NCBI GenBank assembly: GCA_902790415.1
Contig: CADARU010000002.1
Coordinates: 1 to 60,973 of the forward strand
Reading direction: 5' to 3'
Length of the DNA: 60,973 nt
Origin: an uncultured Pseudomonadota bacterium
GTDB taxonomy: Bacteria > Pseudomonadota > Alphaproteobacteria > Rs-D84
Shown piece after piece: positions 28,859 through 39,306 of this stretch. A program made the translations under genes and the position numbers. How positions within the stretch are numbered: position 1 is the first letter of the stretch; each line of letters starts with the position of its first letter. The notes under the pieces were generated by a model. It saw nothing but the letters and a program-made list of their open reading frames with translations. It made no database searches and was not told where the DNA came from.

Positions 28859-30181
28859 ATGAATAACAACGATACAATATTTGCACTTTCATCGGGACAT
28901 GGTAAATCCGGGGTTGCGGTTATTCGCATATCGGGCAACACACTTGAAACGTTTGCACAGAAAATTACGGGACGCGCCACCGTGGCACCACGACACGCGT
29001 ATTTTGTTAACCTGCGCGATGATGCAGGTGAAATTATTGACCAATGTGTTATAACATACTTTGCCGCGCCACACAGTTTTACTGGCACCGATGTTATTGA
29101 AATCGCATCGCATGGCGCACCGGCGGTAATAAACAAAATATTTGAATTCTTGCACGCACATGATATGCGTATGGCAACCCCGGGGGAATTTTCACGCCGC
29201 GCATTTTACAACGGAAAAATGGATTTATCAGACGTTGACGGTTTGGCCGCGCTATTGGATGCCGAAACAGATATTCAACGCAAAAGCGCATTAAAATCTA
29301 TGATGGGCGGGGACAGCGATATATACAACGCATGGCGCAATTCAATGATTGAAATATCGGCCTATGCGGCGGCAATATTGGATTACGAACCTGATGACCT
29401 GCCAAAAAACATTTACGAAACCATCATTACAAAAACCAAAAAGTTATATGATGAAATTACCAACGCATTAAATAAATATGGCGCAGCACGTGCAATTCGC
29501 GGTGGTGTAAATGTCGCATTGGTTGGCGAAACAAACGTTGGTAAATCATCTTTGTTTAATGCAATTTTGGGAACCGCACGCGCGATAGTATCTGATATTC
29601 CCGGCACAACACGCGATGTTGTATCGGCATCGGTTGACATGGGTGGATATTTGGTAAATTTGTCAGATACGGCCGGTCTGCGTGAAACATCGGATACGGT
29701 TGAACGTATTGGAATAGACCGTACACACGATGAAATAAAAAATGCCGATTTGGTTTTACATGTAATCACACCAATCGACACCCCAACGGCGGTTGCACCA
29801 GACGAATTGTTAATTGTGAACAAGTGCGACACCTGTGGCACCCAAGAAAACAAAAATGCGATTTATGTATCTGCAAAAAAAGGTACTGGTGTTAACGATT
29901 TAATTAAAACAATTACCACCAGAATTCAAAAAATTGCGGGTAACGGTGAATCTGTACTAATGATAAATGCACGCACACGTAAATTACTGGAAACCGCACA
30001 AAACGAATTATTGTTGGCAATTCAAGAATCTGATGCTAGAAACAACACTAACGATGGCGATTATGATATATTGTCCGAACATGTACGATATGCCGCCGAT
30101 GCGATTGGAAAAATACTTGGCACAATCAGCACAAATGAAATCCTGGATGCCACATTTTCCCAACTGTGTTTAGGAAAATAG
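28859..30181 (+). CDS. mnmE: tRNA modification GTPase MnmE
   Basis: DTIFALSSGHGKSGVAVIRISG, G domain GETNVGKSSLFNA, C-terminal CLGK. Confidence 0.9.
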   Translation: MNNNDTIFALSSGHGKSGVAVIRISGNTLETFAQKITGRATVAPRHAYFVNLRDDAGEIIDQCVITYFAAPHSFTGTDVIEIASHGAPAVINKIFEFLHAHDMRMATPGEFSRRAFYNGKMDLSDVDGLAALLDAETDIQRKSALKSMMGGDSDIYNAWRNSMIEISAYAAAILDYEPDDLPKNIYETIITKTKKLYDEITNALNKYGAARAIRGGVNVALVGETNVGKSSLFNAILGTARAIVSDIPGTTRDVVSASVDMGGYLVNLSDTAGLRETSDTVERIGIDRTHDEIKNADLVLHVITPIDTPTAVAPDELLIVNKCDTCGTQENKNAIYVSAKKGTGVNDLIKTITTRIQKIAGNGESVLMINARTRKLLETAQNELLLAIQESDARNNTNDGDYDILSEHVRYAADAIGKILGTISTNEILDATFSQLCLGK

Positions 30182-30184
30182 GTG

Positions 30185-31006
30185 TTAATCAGAAATACCA
30201 CATGCTTTCTTATCGGAAATTTTTTCGTTACTTTCTCCGTTGCCCTGCCAATCATTAAAGCAACGTGTTAAAACACTTGAATCGGACGGACATTTCCAAC
30301 ATCTTTGAATTGCAGATTTGGAAAAAGTAGAAAAATTAGTTGAATCTAGCGACACACACTCGTTAGTTTTGGTACTGAAAGCCTTTCCCGAAGAACAATG
30401 TTCACAAACACCAGAGTCATTAACACCTTGTGATTTTTCTGTTGGGCATTTTACGCACTGGTCCGAATTTTCGTTTTCAAATCCCTCACCAGGTTTACAC
30501 GGATCAACACAGCTATATAGCCCATTAATTTGTACTCTTGATTTTCCCACAGGACAACCATCTTCATCTGGCTCCGTACAAATAGTTCCTACCATTTCAC
30601 CACACGCATTATATTCTTGTTGACACGTTCCACCATTAACCTCTTTTGCGGCTGTATAATTTTTATTTTCCTTAAAAACCCCTTGCTTTTCTGTTGTACC
30701 GTTACAACAAATATACTTGTCATATAGGGTTTCATCATCTATATCTGATTCTCCTGCCTGTAACAACGCCTTGGTTAAAACATCACCATGATTCATCCAT
30801 TTTACAGGTGTATTTCGGCCAGTTGATTTGTCATGGCAGTCTTCACTTTGCTTTCCACAAAACCAAAACGCATTATAGTAATACGTATCCACAAAACACG
30901 AGCCACTTGGCCCCATTAAAAAATTACCAGTTCCCCACCCAGCATGCGCCTGTGATACAAAAGCACCGATCAAAACCAACAAAATCGCACTAAAAATCCT
31001 CTGCAT
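30185..31006 (-). CDS. Secreted cysteine-rich repeat protein (CxxC / furin-like repeat character), function unknown
   Basis: Start set at MQRIFSAILLVLIGAFVSQAHA (signal peptide, AHA cleavage-type site), preceded by GGGGAAG. The mature part has many Cys in CxxC...C spacing, e.g. CVKCPTEKSQGVNDSGVCEHCSSGKAFSTKTNECVS. Confidence 0.6.
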   Translation of the reverse strand: MQRIFSAILLVLIGAFVSQAHAGWGTGNFLMGPSGSCFVDTYYYNAFWFCGKQSEDCHDKSTGRNTPVKWMNHGDVLTKALLQAGESDIDDETLYDKYICCNGTTEKQGVFKENKNYTAAKEVNGGTCQQEYNACGEMVGTICTEPDEDGCPVGKSRVQINGLYSCVDPCKPGEGFENENSDQCVKCPTEKSQGVNDSGVCEHCSSGKAFSTKTNECVSLDSTNFSTFSKSAIQRCWKCPSDSSVLTRCFNDWQGNGESNEKISDKKACGISD

Positions 31007-31078
31007 AACTTCCCCCAATTTAATAATTATTTATGCAGTTATTTTACAATAAAACCTTTTTTATTTGCAAGGCATTAT

Positions 31079-31094
31079 TTAGTGGTTAGTGTTA
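31079..31094. repeat. Dispersed short repeat, copy 2 (TTAGTGGTTAGTGTTA)
   Basis: Identical 16-mer to 5700-5715. Overlaps the stop codon of the acyl-CoA synthetase gene. Confidence 0.8.
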
Positions 31095-32678
31095 CTCTTT
31101 TCTCATCGGATATTTGCCGTCAATCAGGTTCTGGCGAACAATATGATGTTTAACCTTTTGCGTACTGGTCATCGGTAAATCATCGGTCGTCATGGCAAAA
31201 TGTGTTACCCATTTATAAGACGCAACCTTTTTATTTGCGTTTGCGATTGCCGCCGCCAACTTTTCCAATGTCATACCCTTTTCAACACTGAACACGCCAT
31301 AAGATACGGTTTTATCTTTGACCCTGTGTTCAAACACCGCGACATTTTTAACACCAGGAATTGTGATAAACAACCCTTCTAATTCATCAGGATAAACATT
31401 TTTACCACTGTCCAAAACAATCACTTGTTTTTTACGGCCGGCAAAATGCAATTCGCCATTTTTATCCATCGACACCATATCGCCAGTATTAAAGAACCCA
31501 CGTTCATCAAACACATCGCGATTAACCGCGTCATTATTCAGATAGCCACCAAAAACCTGACGACCGCGAACCCACAAGATTCCGACACCATCTTCATTTT
31601 TATCACGAATTTCAACCTCGTTATTGGTGGTCGGACCACCAAATGCGAACGGAACACGTCCCTTGCATGGTTTGGAAATGCAAATTGGGCCAACCGTTTC
31701 GGTCATTCCAAAACCTTGGATAAACCCAAGTCCAAGTGCAACAAAGAAATTTTCGATTTCTGGTTTTGTTGCCGCACCACCAGCAATTAACAAACGTGCG
31801 CGCCCACCGAACACATCCAGCACCGGTTTAAACGCCTTGTCCACCAATTTACCCAATCCTATTTTTCGCAACAAATTACGATGGCGCATCACAAACGAAA
31901 ACAGCCACCATTTCTTTTGGGACTTGATATTATCAATAATCTTGTTTCTAAATACTTCGAACAATCTTGGAACCGCCGGAATAATCTGGGGACGGAAATT
32001 CTTAAAATCCGCCATAATTTCTTTTGGATTAACGGTTGGTTGCAACAAAACACCGGCACCATATTCCAATGTTGCCAAAACCTCGACCGCAAAGCCGAAT
32101 ATATGATACATCGGCAAAAAACCGTACATTATATCGCCAGCATTTATATATTCATGCATATCCTGCAAAGAATGTGCACATTCCAACAAATTATAGTGTG
32201 TTAATGGCACAACCTTTGGTGTACCGGTTGACCCAGATGTAAATGACAATGTCGCAATATCGTCATCTTTTAATTTTGCCGCCTTTAACCGGGCATCTAT
32301 CCCGGCATCTGGTTCGGTAATGTCCAAGAATTTAAATGTGCCACGTTTGGTTTTATAGAAAAATGATTTTTCTGCACATACAAACTTACACTTGGTGATT
32401 TTGGTCATATTATCATATTCAAACGGGGTCAAATTTGTATCCAACAATAAAACCTTGCCCCCCAGGTACCAAATTGCAAACAAAGTAATAGGGAAAGACG
32501 GTATATTATGCGACAAAATACCAACCACATCACCCGCAACAATCCCGGCCTTGTGCAAAGTTGTTGCGCGCGCGCGCACCAATTCAACGAAATCTTTATA
32601 ATTAACGTTTTCACGCACCAAATAGAGTTCATTTGGCCACTTGGTTGCCGCCTGCTCTAAAAACTGAAACATATTCAT
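31092..32678 (-). CDS. AMP-dependent acyl-CoA synthetase/ligase (FadD-like)
   Basis: AMP-binding motif LSFTSGSTGTPKVV, GFGMTE, TGD...D..G...F.GR.K. Confidence 0.8.
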   Translation of the reverse strand: MNMFQFLEQAATKWPNELYLVRENVNYKDFVELVRARATTLHKAGIVAGDVVGILSHNIPSFPITLFAIWYLGGKVLLLDTNLTPFEYDNMTKITKCKFVCAEKSFFYKTKRGTFKFLDITEPDAGIDARLKAAKLKDDDIATLSFTSGSTGTPKVVPLTHYNLLECAHSLQDMHEYINAGDIMYGFLPMYHIFGFAVEVLATLEYGAGVLLQPTVNPKEIMADFKNFRPQIIPAVPRLFEVFRNKIIDNIKSQKKWWLFSFVMRHRNLLRKIGLGKLVDKAFKPVLDVFGGRARLLIAGGAATKPEIENFFVALGLGFIQGFGMTETVGPICISKPCKGRVPFAFGGPTTNNEVEIRDKNEDGVGILWVRGRQVFGGYLNNDAVNRDVFDERGFFNTGDMVSMDKNGELHFAGRKKQVIVLDSGKNVYPDELEGLFITIPGVKNVAVFEHRVKDKTVSYGVFSVEKGMTLEKLAAAIANANKKVASYKWVTHFAMTTDDLPMTSTQKVKHHIVRQNLIDGKYPMRKE

Positions 32679-32748
32679 GTCTAAAAATCCTTGTTGTTTT
32701 TATACAATACTATGGCTATTATAGTATCACAAAGGGATAAAAGCAAAT

Positions 32749-33519
32749 ATGAAAATTCTGACATTAAATATTAACTCTATACGGGCCCATATTGAATCTT
32801 TTCTGGACATATTGTCATCGGGTGAATACGACACAATTTTGGTTCAAGAATTAAAGGTTGAAACCGCCGCATTTCCGCATAATATATTCGATGAATACGG
32901 TTATAACATCAAGGTTTTCGGTCAAAAAAGTTGGAACGGTGTCGCAACTTTTTCCAAATATTCTATTGAAGATACAATTCGTGGAATCCCAAATTATCCT
33001 GATGTAAACGCACGTTTTTTGGAAACCCTCATAGATGGTCGCCTGCGCGTGATAAACGTCTATATGCCCAACGGCGACAATATTGAATCACCAAAATTTG
33101 AATATAAATTACAATGGATGCGCGAATTTACAAAATATATTGAACAATATCTGGATTCTGATGAAGCGGTTATAATCGCGGGCGATTTTAATGTTGCCAT
33201 TACCGACAACGATATATGGAATCCCAAGAATTATATTGGGTCCAGTATTTCTGCCCCGGCGGCGCGTGAAATAATGCAACAATGGCTGGATGCGGGTTGG
33301 ACCGATGTGTGGCGCAAATTACACCCAGACGAAATAGATTACACATGGTACGGTTATCGTGGTGGCGATACAGTTGGCAAAAAACAAGGTCTGCGTTTGG
33401 ACTATTTTTTGGCAAATAAAACCGCCGCAAAAATAATCAAACAATGTGAAATAGATATTGCACCACGCATGGCACAAAAACCAACCGACCATTGTGGTCT
33501 TATGATAAAGATAGATTAA
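32749..33519 (+). CDS. xthA: Exodeoxyribonuclease III
   Basis: MKILTLNINSIRA...VQELK...GDFNV...DH; EEP-family AP endonuclease layout. Confidence 0.9.
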   Translation: MKILTLNINSIRAHIESFLDILSSGEYDTILVQELKVETAAFPHNIFDEYGYNIKVFGQKSWNGVATFSKYSIEDTIRGIPNYPDVNARFLETLIDGRLRVINVYMPNGDNIESPKFEYKLQWMREFTKYIEQYLDSDEAVIIAGDFNVAITDNDIWNPKNYIGSSISAPAAREIMQQWLDAGWTDVWRKLHPDEIDYTWYGYRGGDTVGKKQGLRLDYFLANKTAAKIIKQCEIDIAPRMAQKPTDHCGLMIKID

Positions 33520-36035
33520 TCGCGTTCTTCGGCACGCGCAAAGTCATCACACTCTTTATACCGGTCTTCACTGGTTGGGCGATATTCATACGGCGCACCA
33601 CCAACGATAAACATATTGTACAAATCTGTGGTTTTTGCGACCGCGGCATTTATGAATTCCTGGGTTTCTGTGGCATCAAATTTCTTTAATTCCACCTTGC
33701 CAGATTGCAGTTGCAAAAATTGCATAACCGGATATTCACATCTTTTCACCCCCGTAAATCCGCCATTTTGTAACATATACGCTTCTAATGGCAACTGGGG
33801 CATATTACCCTGCTCTAACTGTTTATTGTTTGGAATTTTCCCAGTTTTTATATCCAGCACCCCACCCGACCACACACGATCTGCACGCGCACGCACGCGC
33901 CAATTCTCTATATTAACACACCCATCTGTTTCGGTCAGGGCATCCGGTGTTTGTCGCAACATATCCAATGCGATAGGCGCAATTTCAACAAACCTTTTGT
34001 GCCAGAAAAAGAATATCAAATTTTCCGTTCCTAATATTTTGCGTGCCGCTGCATCCATCTGCGCAATTAAATCTTGTTCCGAAATATTTGGGTGCGCCTT
34101 TTCCAAAACATCATGAACCAAACTACCAAAATCACGAACATCTGGTCCAACCCAATAATCTTTCTGGGGACGCAAACGCAATATACGCTTTACATAAAAT
34201 ATGTATGGGTTATGTATCAAATTTTCCAAATCGGTAACATACAAATCGCGCCAATTATTCGGTGGTGTTGGCGCATCATAATTTAACGGTTTTGGTGTAA
34301 CATCATCACGCGCCGCAACAGATTTTAAAATGTCTGACTCTGCACTTCTGTCTGGTGTTCCATGTGCAACCGTAACCCGGGACAAGAAACGTGATTCCTG
34401 GGTTTGAACACCGCCAGATGTGCCACACCTGGTCCAATACACATCGCCACCACATGATAAATTCATAAAATCCAACGCCATCAAAGACACCTTGTGATTG
34501 GGCGATGGGATACCAACCTGGTCCGACAAATGGCGTGGCAACCAAGGATTTTCGTACCCCAATGCCGGAAACATCCCTTCATTTAACCCCATTAAAATAA
34601 TTACGTCTGCGCGTTGCATACGTGATTCAATCGTCCCCAAAACCACAACAGGCGCGGCATCGTTCATTTTCTGACGTACCCCAAGGCCAGAAAAACTATC
34701 GTTTAACATTGCGCGCGCATCAGTTAGCGATAAACGAATTTCCATTTTATTCAAACAATCAGACAATTCTTTGATTGCGCCCCAAATTTGAACCGATACA
34801 TCATCTTCAACATTAAATTCAGGCATCATTTTATCATGAAAACGTTCAATAATTTCCGCAACCGTATTAAACAAATCAAAGTTTTTTGATGCATAAATTT
34901 CTGAAAAAATATCACTTTTTGATTCAATCCAATCATCAAACAGATTCAACAGCGCACGTGCGGCACCAACCGATGCACCAGATACAGCACCCGAGAAATC
35001 CGCAACAATGTTACGGCGCATAAATTCCTGTCTTAGGCGCGCATTTCCGGCAGAATCAGGTGTAACAACCAGTACTGTTTTATTATCACCGATGGCACGT
35101 GCCGCGATTTCTGCGACAACGGCGGCCTCGCACGATTCTGTATCACATTCTATCAAATGACAATTTTCCAAGACCGGCAGATTATCAACATGTACCCTGT
35201 TCCCAAAGGCAATATTCATAAAATCTATATTAGATTTTCCAACATCAATTTGAATAACATCATTTGGCGCAAGTCCCAGTTCTGATAAAAATTCATACTC
35301 TGAATGATATGGATTTGTTTCCAATTTAAAGTCATCAACATCACCAGAAATTTTCCCAGACAGTATTATTCGCCCCTGGGGCAATTTTGCAATTTTACAC
35401 ATCAAATCACGCGTAACAGGAACGCTTGCCGTAGAACCACACACCACAACCAACGATTTATCCACCGGTAGATTTTTAATATAATTTTCCCATGCCATCA
35501 CCGAATTATTACGATACACTGTTTCTGTTACACGCCCGGCAAAAACCTCTTTGCCTATATTTGTCATCAAATCTAACATTGCCGCCTTGGTCTGGAAATG
35601 CGCGGCATATTTATCATCAACCAGACCGCGCCAATCTATTTTACTAATATCAACACGACTGTTTTCCAAATAATCTTGCATTGTTATTAACGAGTGTGCC
35701 ACCGGTAATGCCGCAGGGATATTCCCAATTTCCGGAAATTTTGATAACAGATACGACATAACAACAACACGTTGTGTCATAGAAACAACCTCTGGTGATG
35801 TTTCCGTATCGGTTTCTAGTTCAAAACCTTCACCCAAAGGAACTATTTTTGGCAACAAAACCGCGTGCCCAATACGTGCAACAATCATTTTTTCAACGCT
35901 GCGCACAGAGCGGCGACTTGGGACAAAAACAAGAACATCCGCCAAATCAACCCCGGATTCTTGAATCACGCGCCACAATCCGTCCAAAATTTTATCAGGG
36001 TTTGAAACACAAAATATATTTTTATTTAATGCCAA
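33516..36035 (-). CDS. addB: Alphaproteobacterial-type double-strand break repair protein AddB (PD-(D/E)XK nuclease C-terminus)
   Basis: 839 aa. N-terminus ...VLVFVPSRRSVRSVEK... like alpha AddB. C-terminal nuclease-type segment RADRVWSGGVLDIKTGK. No addA is adjacent. Confidence 0.6.
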   Translation of the reverse strand: MALNKNIFCVSNPDKILDGLWRVIQESGVDLADVLVFVPSRRSVRSVEKMIVARIGHAVLLPKIVPLGEGFELETDTETSPEVVSMTQRVVVMSYLLSKFPEIGNIPAALPVAHSLITMQDYLENSRVDISKIDWRGLVDDKYAAHFQTKAAMLDLMTNIGKEVFAGRVTETVYRNNSVMAWENYIKNLPVDKSLVVVCGSTASVPVTRDLMCKIAKLPQGRIILSGKISGDVDDFKLETNPYHSEYEFLSELGLAPNDVIQIDVGKSNIDFMNIAFGNRVHVDNLPVLENCHLIECDTESCEAAVVAEIAARAIGDNKTVLVVTPDSAGNARLRQEFMRRNIVADFSGAVSGASVGAARALLNLFDDWIESKSDIFSEIYASKNFDLFNTVAEIIERFHDKMMPEFNVEDDVSVQIWGAIKELSDCLNKMEIRLSLTDARAMLNDSFSGLGVRQKMNDAAPVVVLGTIESRMQRADVIILMGLNEGMFPALGYENPWLPRHLSDQVGIPSPNHKVSLMALDFMNLSCGGDVYWTRCGTSGGVQTQESRFLSRVTVAHGTPDRSAESDILKSVAARDDVTPKPLNYDAPTPPNNWRDLYVTDLENLIHNPYIFYVKRILRLRPQKDYWVGPDVRDFGSLVHDVLEKAHPNISEQDLIAQMDAAARKILGTENLIFFFWHKRFVEIAPIALDMLRQTPDALTETDGCVNIENWRVRARADRVWSGGVLDIKTGKIPNNKQLEQGNMPQLPLEAYMLQNGGFTGVKRCEYPVMQFLQLQSGKVELKKFDATETQEFINAAVAKTTDLYNMFIVGGAPYEYRPTSEDRYKECDDFARAEERD

Positions 36036-36576
36036 TGCGCGCCCTTACCTTGTCAATCCCTGTTTTTTTTGCAGACGATGTTTCTATGATTTCACCGGCC
36101 ATCGCAGGATGTTCATTTGGATTTATAATACCTTGTTCATTTTCACGAATTTTTTTATCTTTTTTTGTATAAACAACCTGATACGCGATACCATTTAAAT
36201 CACAAAAATGCATCAGTTCTAAATCACTGTCGCGTGGTCCAATACGTGAATCAATCAACACAAACAAACAACGTAACTGTCGCCGCGCGGTAATATATTC
36301 TTGGAAACGCAACAGCCACATATCCGCGTTTTCTTTGGACACACGTGCATAACCGTATCCGGGCAAATCGACAATCATTACCCTGTCATCCAGGTTAAAC
36401 ATGTTTATCGTTTGGGTGCGTCCCGGCGTATTAGATGTTCGTGCCACAGATTGTCCCAACACCGCATTTATCAATGAAGATTTCCCAACATTACTGCGTC
36501 CGGCGAACGCATATTCGGCAAATTGCGTATTAGGCAAATCACAAACCCTGTCAAAACCACCAACAAATTTTATCAT
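36022..36576 (-). CDS. engB: Ribosome biogenesis GTPase EngB/YihA
   Basis: AFAGRSNVGKSSLINA, DLPGYGYA, TKKDK. Confidence 0.85.
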   Translation of the reverse strand: MIKFVGGFDRVCDLPNTQFAEYAFAGRSNVGKSSLINAVLGQSVARTSNTPGRTQTINMFNLDDRVMIVDLPGYGYARVSKENADMWLLRFQEYITARRQLRCLFVLIDSRIGPRDSDLELMHFCDLNGIAYQVVYTKKDKKIRENEQGIINPNEHPAMAGEIIETSSAKKTGIDKVRARIGIK

Positions 36577-37370
36577 TCGTTTTTATCCTTGGCTAACAAT
36601 CTTTTGTATGCTTCTTTTTTAGAAATACCCGTACGACGTGCCAAATCAGCCGCCCCAGATTTCATAGACCCCGCCACAACATCATTAACAATTTCACTAA
36701 TTTCTTCATCAGACATTTTGTGTTCTGGTGCCGGCGCAACCACCAACACTATTTCGCCACGCGGCGCATCTATATTTACCAAATCAGCCGGATATCCAAT
36801 AATTGTTTCTTCGTGTATTTTGGTTATTTCACGAACGATTGCGATTTGACGTTCTGGCATAACGCGCGCCAATGCGGCGATTGTTGATTTTATACGATTA
36901 GGACTCTCGTAATAAATAATGGTATGACGAATTCTGTTGTCTTCACGTAATTTTTTTTCATCAAAAAAACCACAAAATGTAAATCTATCGGTTGGAAAGC
37001 CACTTAAAACCAATGCAGATATCGCCGCGGTTGGTCCCGGCACAACAAATACCGGCACACCTGCCGCACGTGCCGCACGAACAATGCGAAAACCCGGATC
37101 GCTAACCCCCGGCATTCCTGCATCGGTTACAACCGCAACAGATGCGCCATCACGAATTTTATCAATCAATCCGTCTATGACCCCACGTTCATTATGTTCA
37201 TGACAAGACACGCATTTTGTTTTTATATCAAAATGCGATGATAATTTTCCAAACACACGTGTATCTTCGGCGGCGACCAAGTCAACATTTTTCAAAACCT
37301 CTATTGCGCGTGGGGCCATATCCCCCAGATTTCCAATAGGTGTTCCAACAATATACAGTCCTGTTTGCAT
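36573..37370 (-). CDS. rsmI: 16S rRNA (cytidine1402-2'-O)-methyltransferase RsmI
   Basis: GLYIVGTPIGNLGDMAPRAIEVLKNVDLVAAEDTR. Confidence 0.85.
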   Translation of the reverse strand: MQTGLYIVGTPIGNLGDMAPRAIEVLKNVDLVAAEDTRVFGKLSSHFDIKTKCVSCHEHNERGVIDGLIDKIRDGASVAVVTDAGMPGVSDPGFRIVRAARAAGVPVFVVPGPTAAISALVLSGFPTDRFTFCGFFDEKKLREDNRIRHTIIYYESPNRIKSTIAALARVMPERQIAIVREITKIHEETIIGYPADLVNIDAPRGEIVLVVAPAPEHKMSDEEISEIVNDVVAGSMKSGAADLARRTGISKKEAYKRLLAKDKNE

Positions 37371-37406
37371 TTATTTTTCCTTTGTAGTAAAATAATACAA
37401 AAATAA

Positions 37407-39011
37407 ATGGATTTTTCAATGCATATTATAAACAAATTCTTTTACAGTTTAATCTTAACCGCCTTTTTGGTTGGATGCAGTGGCTCTTCAAACTGGTCCA
37501 ATTACGACAACAAGTCGGTCAGTGCACCGAACCAATTATATGGCACATATATGATAGATATGTACGGACAATCCGATACATCACGCAATATTGCGGTATT
37601 ATTACCAACATCGGGCGCGCGCGCATCCATCGGACAATCTATACGCCCGGCCATAGAAATGGCGGCACTACAAAATGCACCACGCGGATTGCGCATAAGT
37701 TTTTATGACACCGGTTCTGGCAATATTGAAAACACAATATCGGAAATGTTGGCCCAAAATCCTGACGTTATTGTTGGACCGGTATTTGCCGATACCGCCA
37801 AGATATTACGTGATATGAAACCATCTGGCATTCCGGCATTGGCGTTTACATCTGACCTGGGCGCGGTTGGGGACGGAATATTAAGCATGTCTTTGATTCC
37901 GACAAATTCAACCGAGGCAATTTTACAAACAATGAAATCTGATGGCGTTGAAAAATTTATTATCATGGCACCTGACAATATATCTGGGCGCACAATGGCG
38001 GGCGCGGCAAAATCTGTGAATTCTGCATACAATATTAAAAACATTGGTGTATTTTATTATACCGAACACGATGCAAATTCTATCAAGGAAACGACACAAA
38101 CCGCATCTATGTATTCTGCACGCAGTGCGGCAAACACGCGCGCACGTGAAATACTGGCGAATATTGCAAATAACGAATCTTTGTCGGCATCAGAAAAAAC
38201 ATCTGTTACATCACAACTGGCCAAACTAAATAAACGTGATGTTATTGGCAAATTACCGTATGATGCGATATTATTCCTGGGGACCACAGACGATACGAAA
38301 TCATTGGTTTCATTTTTACGATATTACGGTGTTGGCGCAAATGATATACGGATGTATGGAACATCTATGTGGGAAGGTACCGATATATCATCTGACATAA
38401 CGATGACCGGCGCAAAATTTGCAACAATGAACGACATACCACAAAACATATCCGCAACGTACGAAAGTGCGACCGGCATCCCCGCCCCACGCATGGCGGT
38501 AATTGGTTACGATGCAACCATTTTGGCGATAAACGCCGCATACGCACCTGATGGCGCAACATCTTATTTATTGAACCCCAGTGGATATGTCGGCGCGAAT
38601 GGTTTATTTAGATTACGTCCAAACGGCACGAACGAACGCGCATTACAAATTGTGCGAATAAATGGTGATGGAACAACAATCCCTATCAAAACCGCACCGA
38701 TTAACTTTATAAACCAGATTTATTTTAACACATCTAATTATATTACACCGGCGGAAAGCATGCCTTTGGCATCTGATGGAATAAATCCATCTGATTATAT
38801 GAACATCCCTGATAGATTACGCGGAAAATACAAATCAAAAAAATATGGTGCAAATACAGTAATTCAATTTGAACAAATCGAACCGATAAACACTGCCAGT
38901 GTTATTATTCAACCCCAAGAAGATTTTTCCATAACCGCGGAAAACTATGAACCAGTAAATCTTGAAAAGGTCAATCGAAAAAACATTGACTCGATAGAAA
39001 TAACTGAATAA
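37407..39011 (+). CDS. Periplasmic-binding-protein-fold lipoprotein, LpoA-like (penicillin-binding protein activator candidate)
   Basis: Lipobox LVGCSG and a type-1 PBP-like body. It is divergent from rsmI, as in the conserved rsmI/lpoA arrangement. Confidence 0.55.
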   Translation: MDFSMHIINKFFYSLILTAFLVGCSGSSNWSNYDNKSVSAPNQLYGTYMIDMYGQSDTSRNIAVLLPTSGARASIGQSIRPAIEMAALQNAPRGLRISFYDTGSGNIENTISEMLAQNPDVIVGPVFADTAKILRDMKPSGIPALAFTSDLGAVGDGILSMSLIPTNSTEAILQTMKSDGVEKFIIMAPDNISGRTMAGAAKSVNSAYNIKNIGVFYYTEHDANSIKETTQTASMYSARSAANTRAREILANIANNESLSASEKTSVTSQLAKLNKRDVIGKLPYDAILFLGTTDDTKSLVSFLRYYGVGANDIRMYGTSMWEGTDISSDITMTGAKFATMNDIPQNISATYESATGIPAPRMAVIGYDATILAINAAYAPDGATSYLLNPSGYVGANGLFRLRPNGTNERALQIVRINGDGTTIPIKTAPINFINQIYFNTSNYITPAESMPLASDGINPSDYMNIPDRLRGKYKSKKYGANTVIQFEQIEPINTASVIIQPQEDFSITAENYEPVNLEKVNRKNIDSIEITE

Positions 39012-39037
39012 TATAATAAACAAACAAGGGAACAGAG

Positions 39038-39274
39038 ATGAAAACAATTTATAAAATCATTATTGCATGTGTCGTAACCGCGGTTGCAACCGCATTTGTA
39101 ACGGTCAAGGTTATTGATTGGCAATACGCCGGCGATGAAATGCAATGCAAAGATGGTGCAAATCCTGATAAAAACGGATGCTGTCCGGGTGAAACATATA
39201 CAGATATGGGCGATGATGGTTTTAACTGTTGTCCTGATGCAGGTGGCGACTGTTTTCCCCCTATCAAGAAATAA
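39038..39274 (+). CDS. Small membrane-anchored cysteine-rich protein (78 aa)
   Basis: RBS GGGAACAGAG. N-terminal TM IIIACVVTAVATAFVTV, then CKDGANPDKNGCCPGETYTDMGDDGFNCCPDAGGDCFP. Followed by a terminator. Confidence 0.45.
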   Translation: MKTIYKIIIACVVTAVATAFVTVKVIDWQYAGDEMQCKDGANPDKNGCCPGETYTDMGDDGFNCCPDAGGDCFPPIKK

Positions 39275-39275
39275 T

Positions 39276-39306
39276 AAAAAATGCCACAAAAATTGTGGCA
39301 TTTTTT
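39276..39306. terminator. Bidirectional intrinsic terminator between the small Cys-rich ORF and pyk
   Basis: AAAAAATGCCACAA-AAA-TTGTGGCATTTTTT. Confidence 0.8.
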
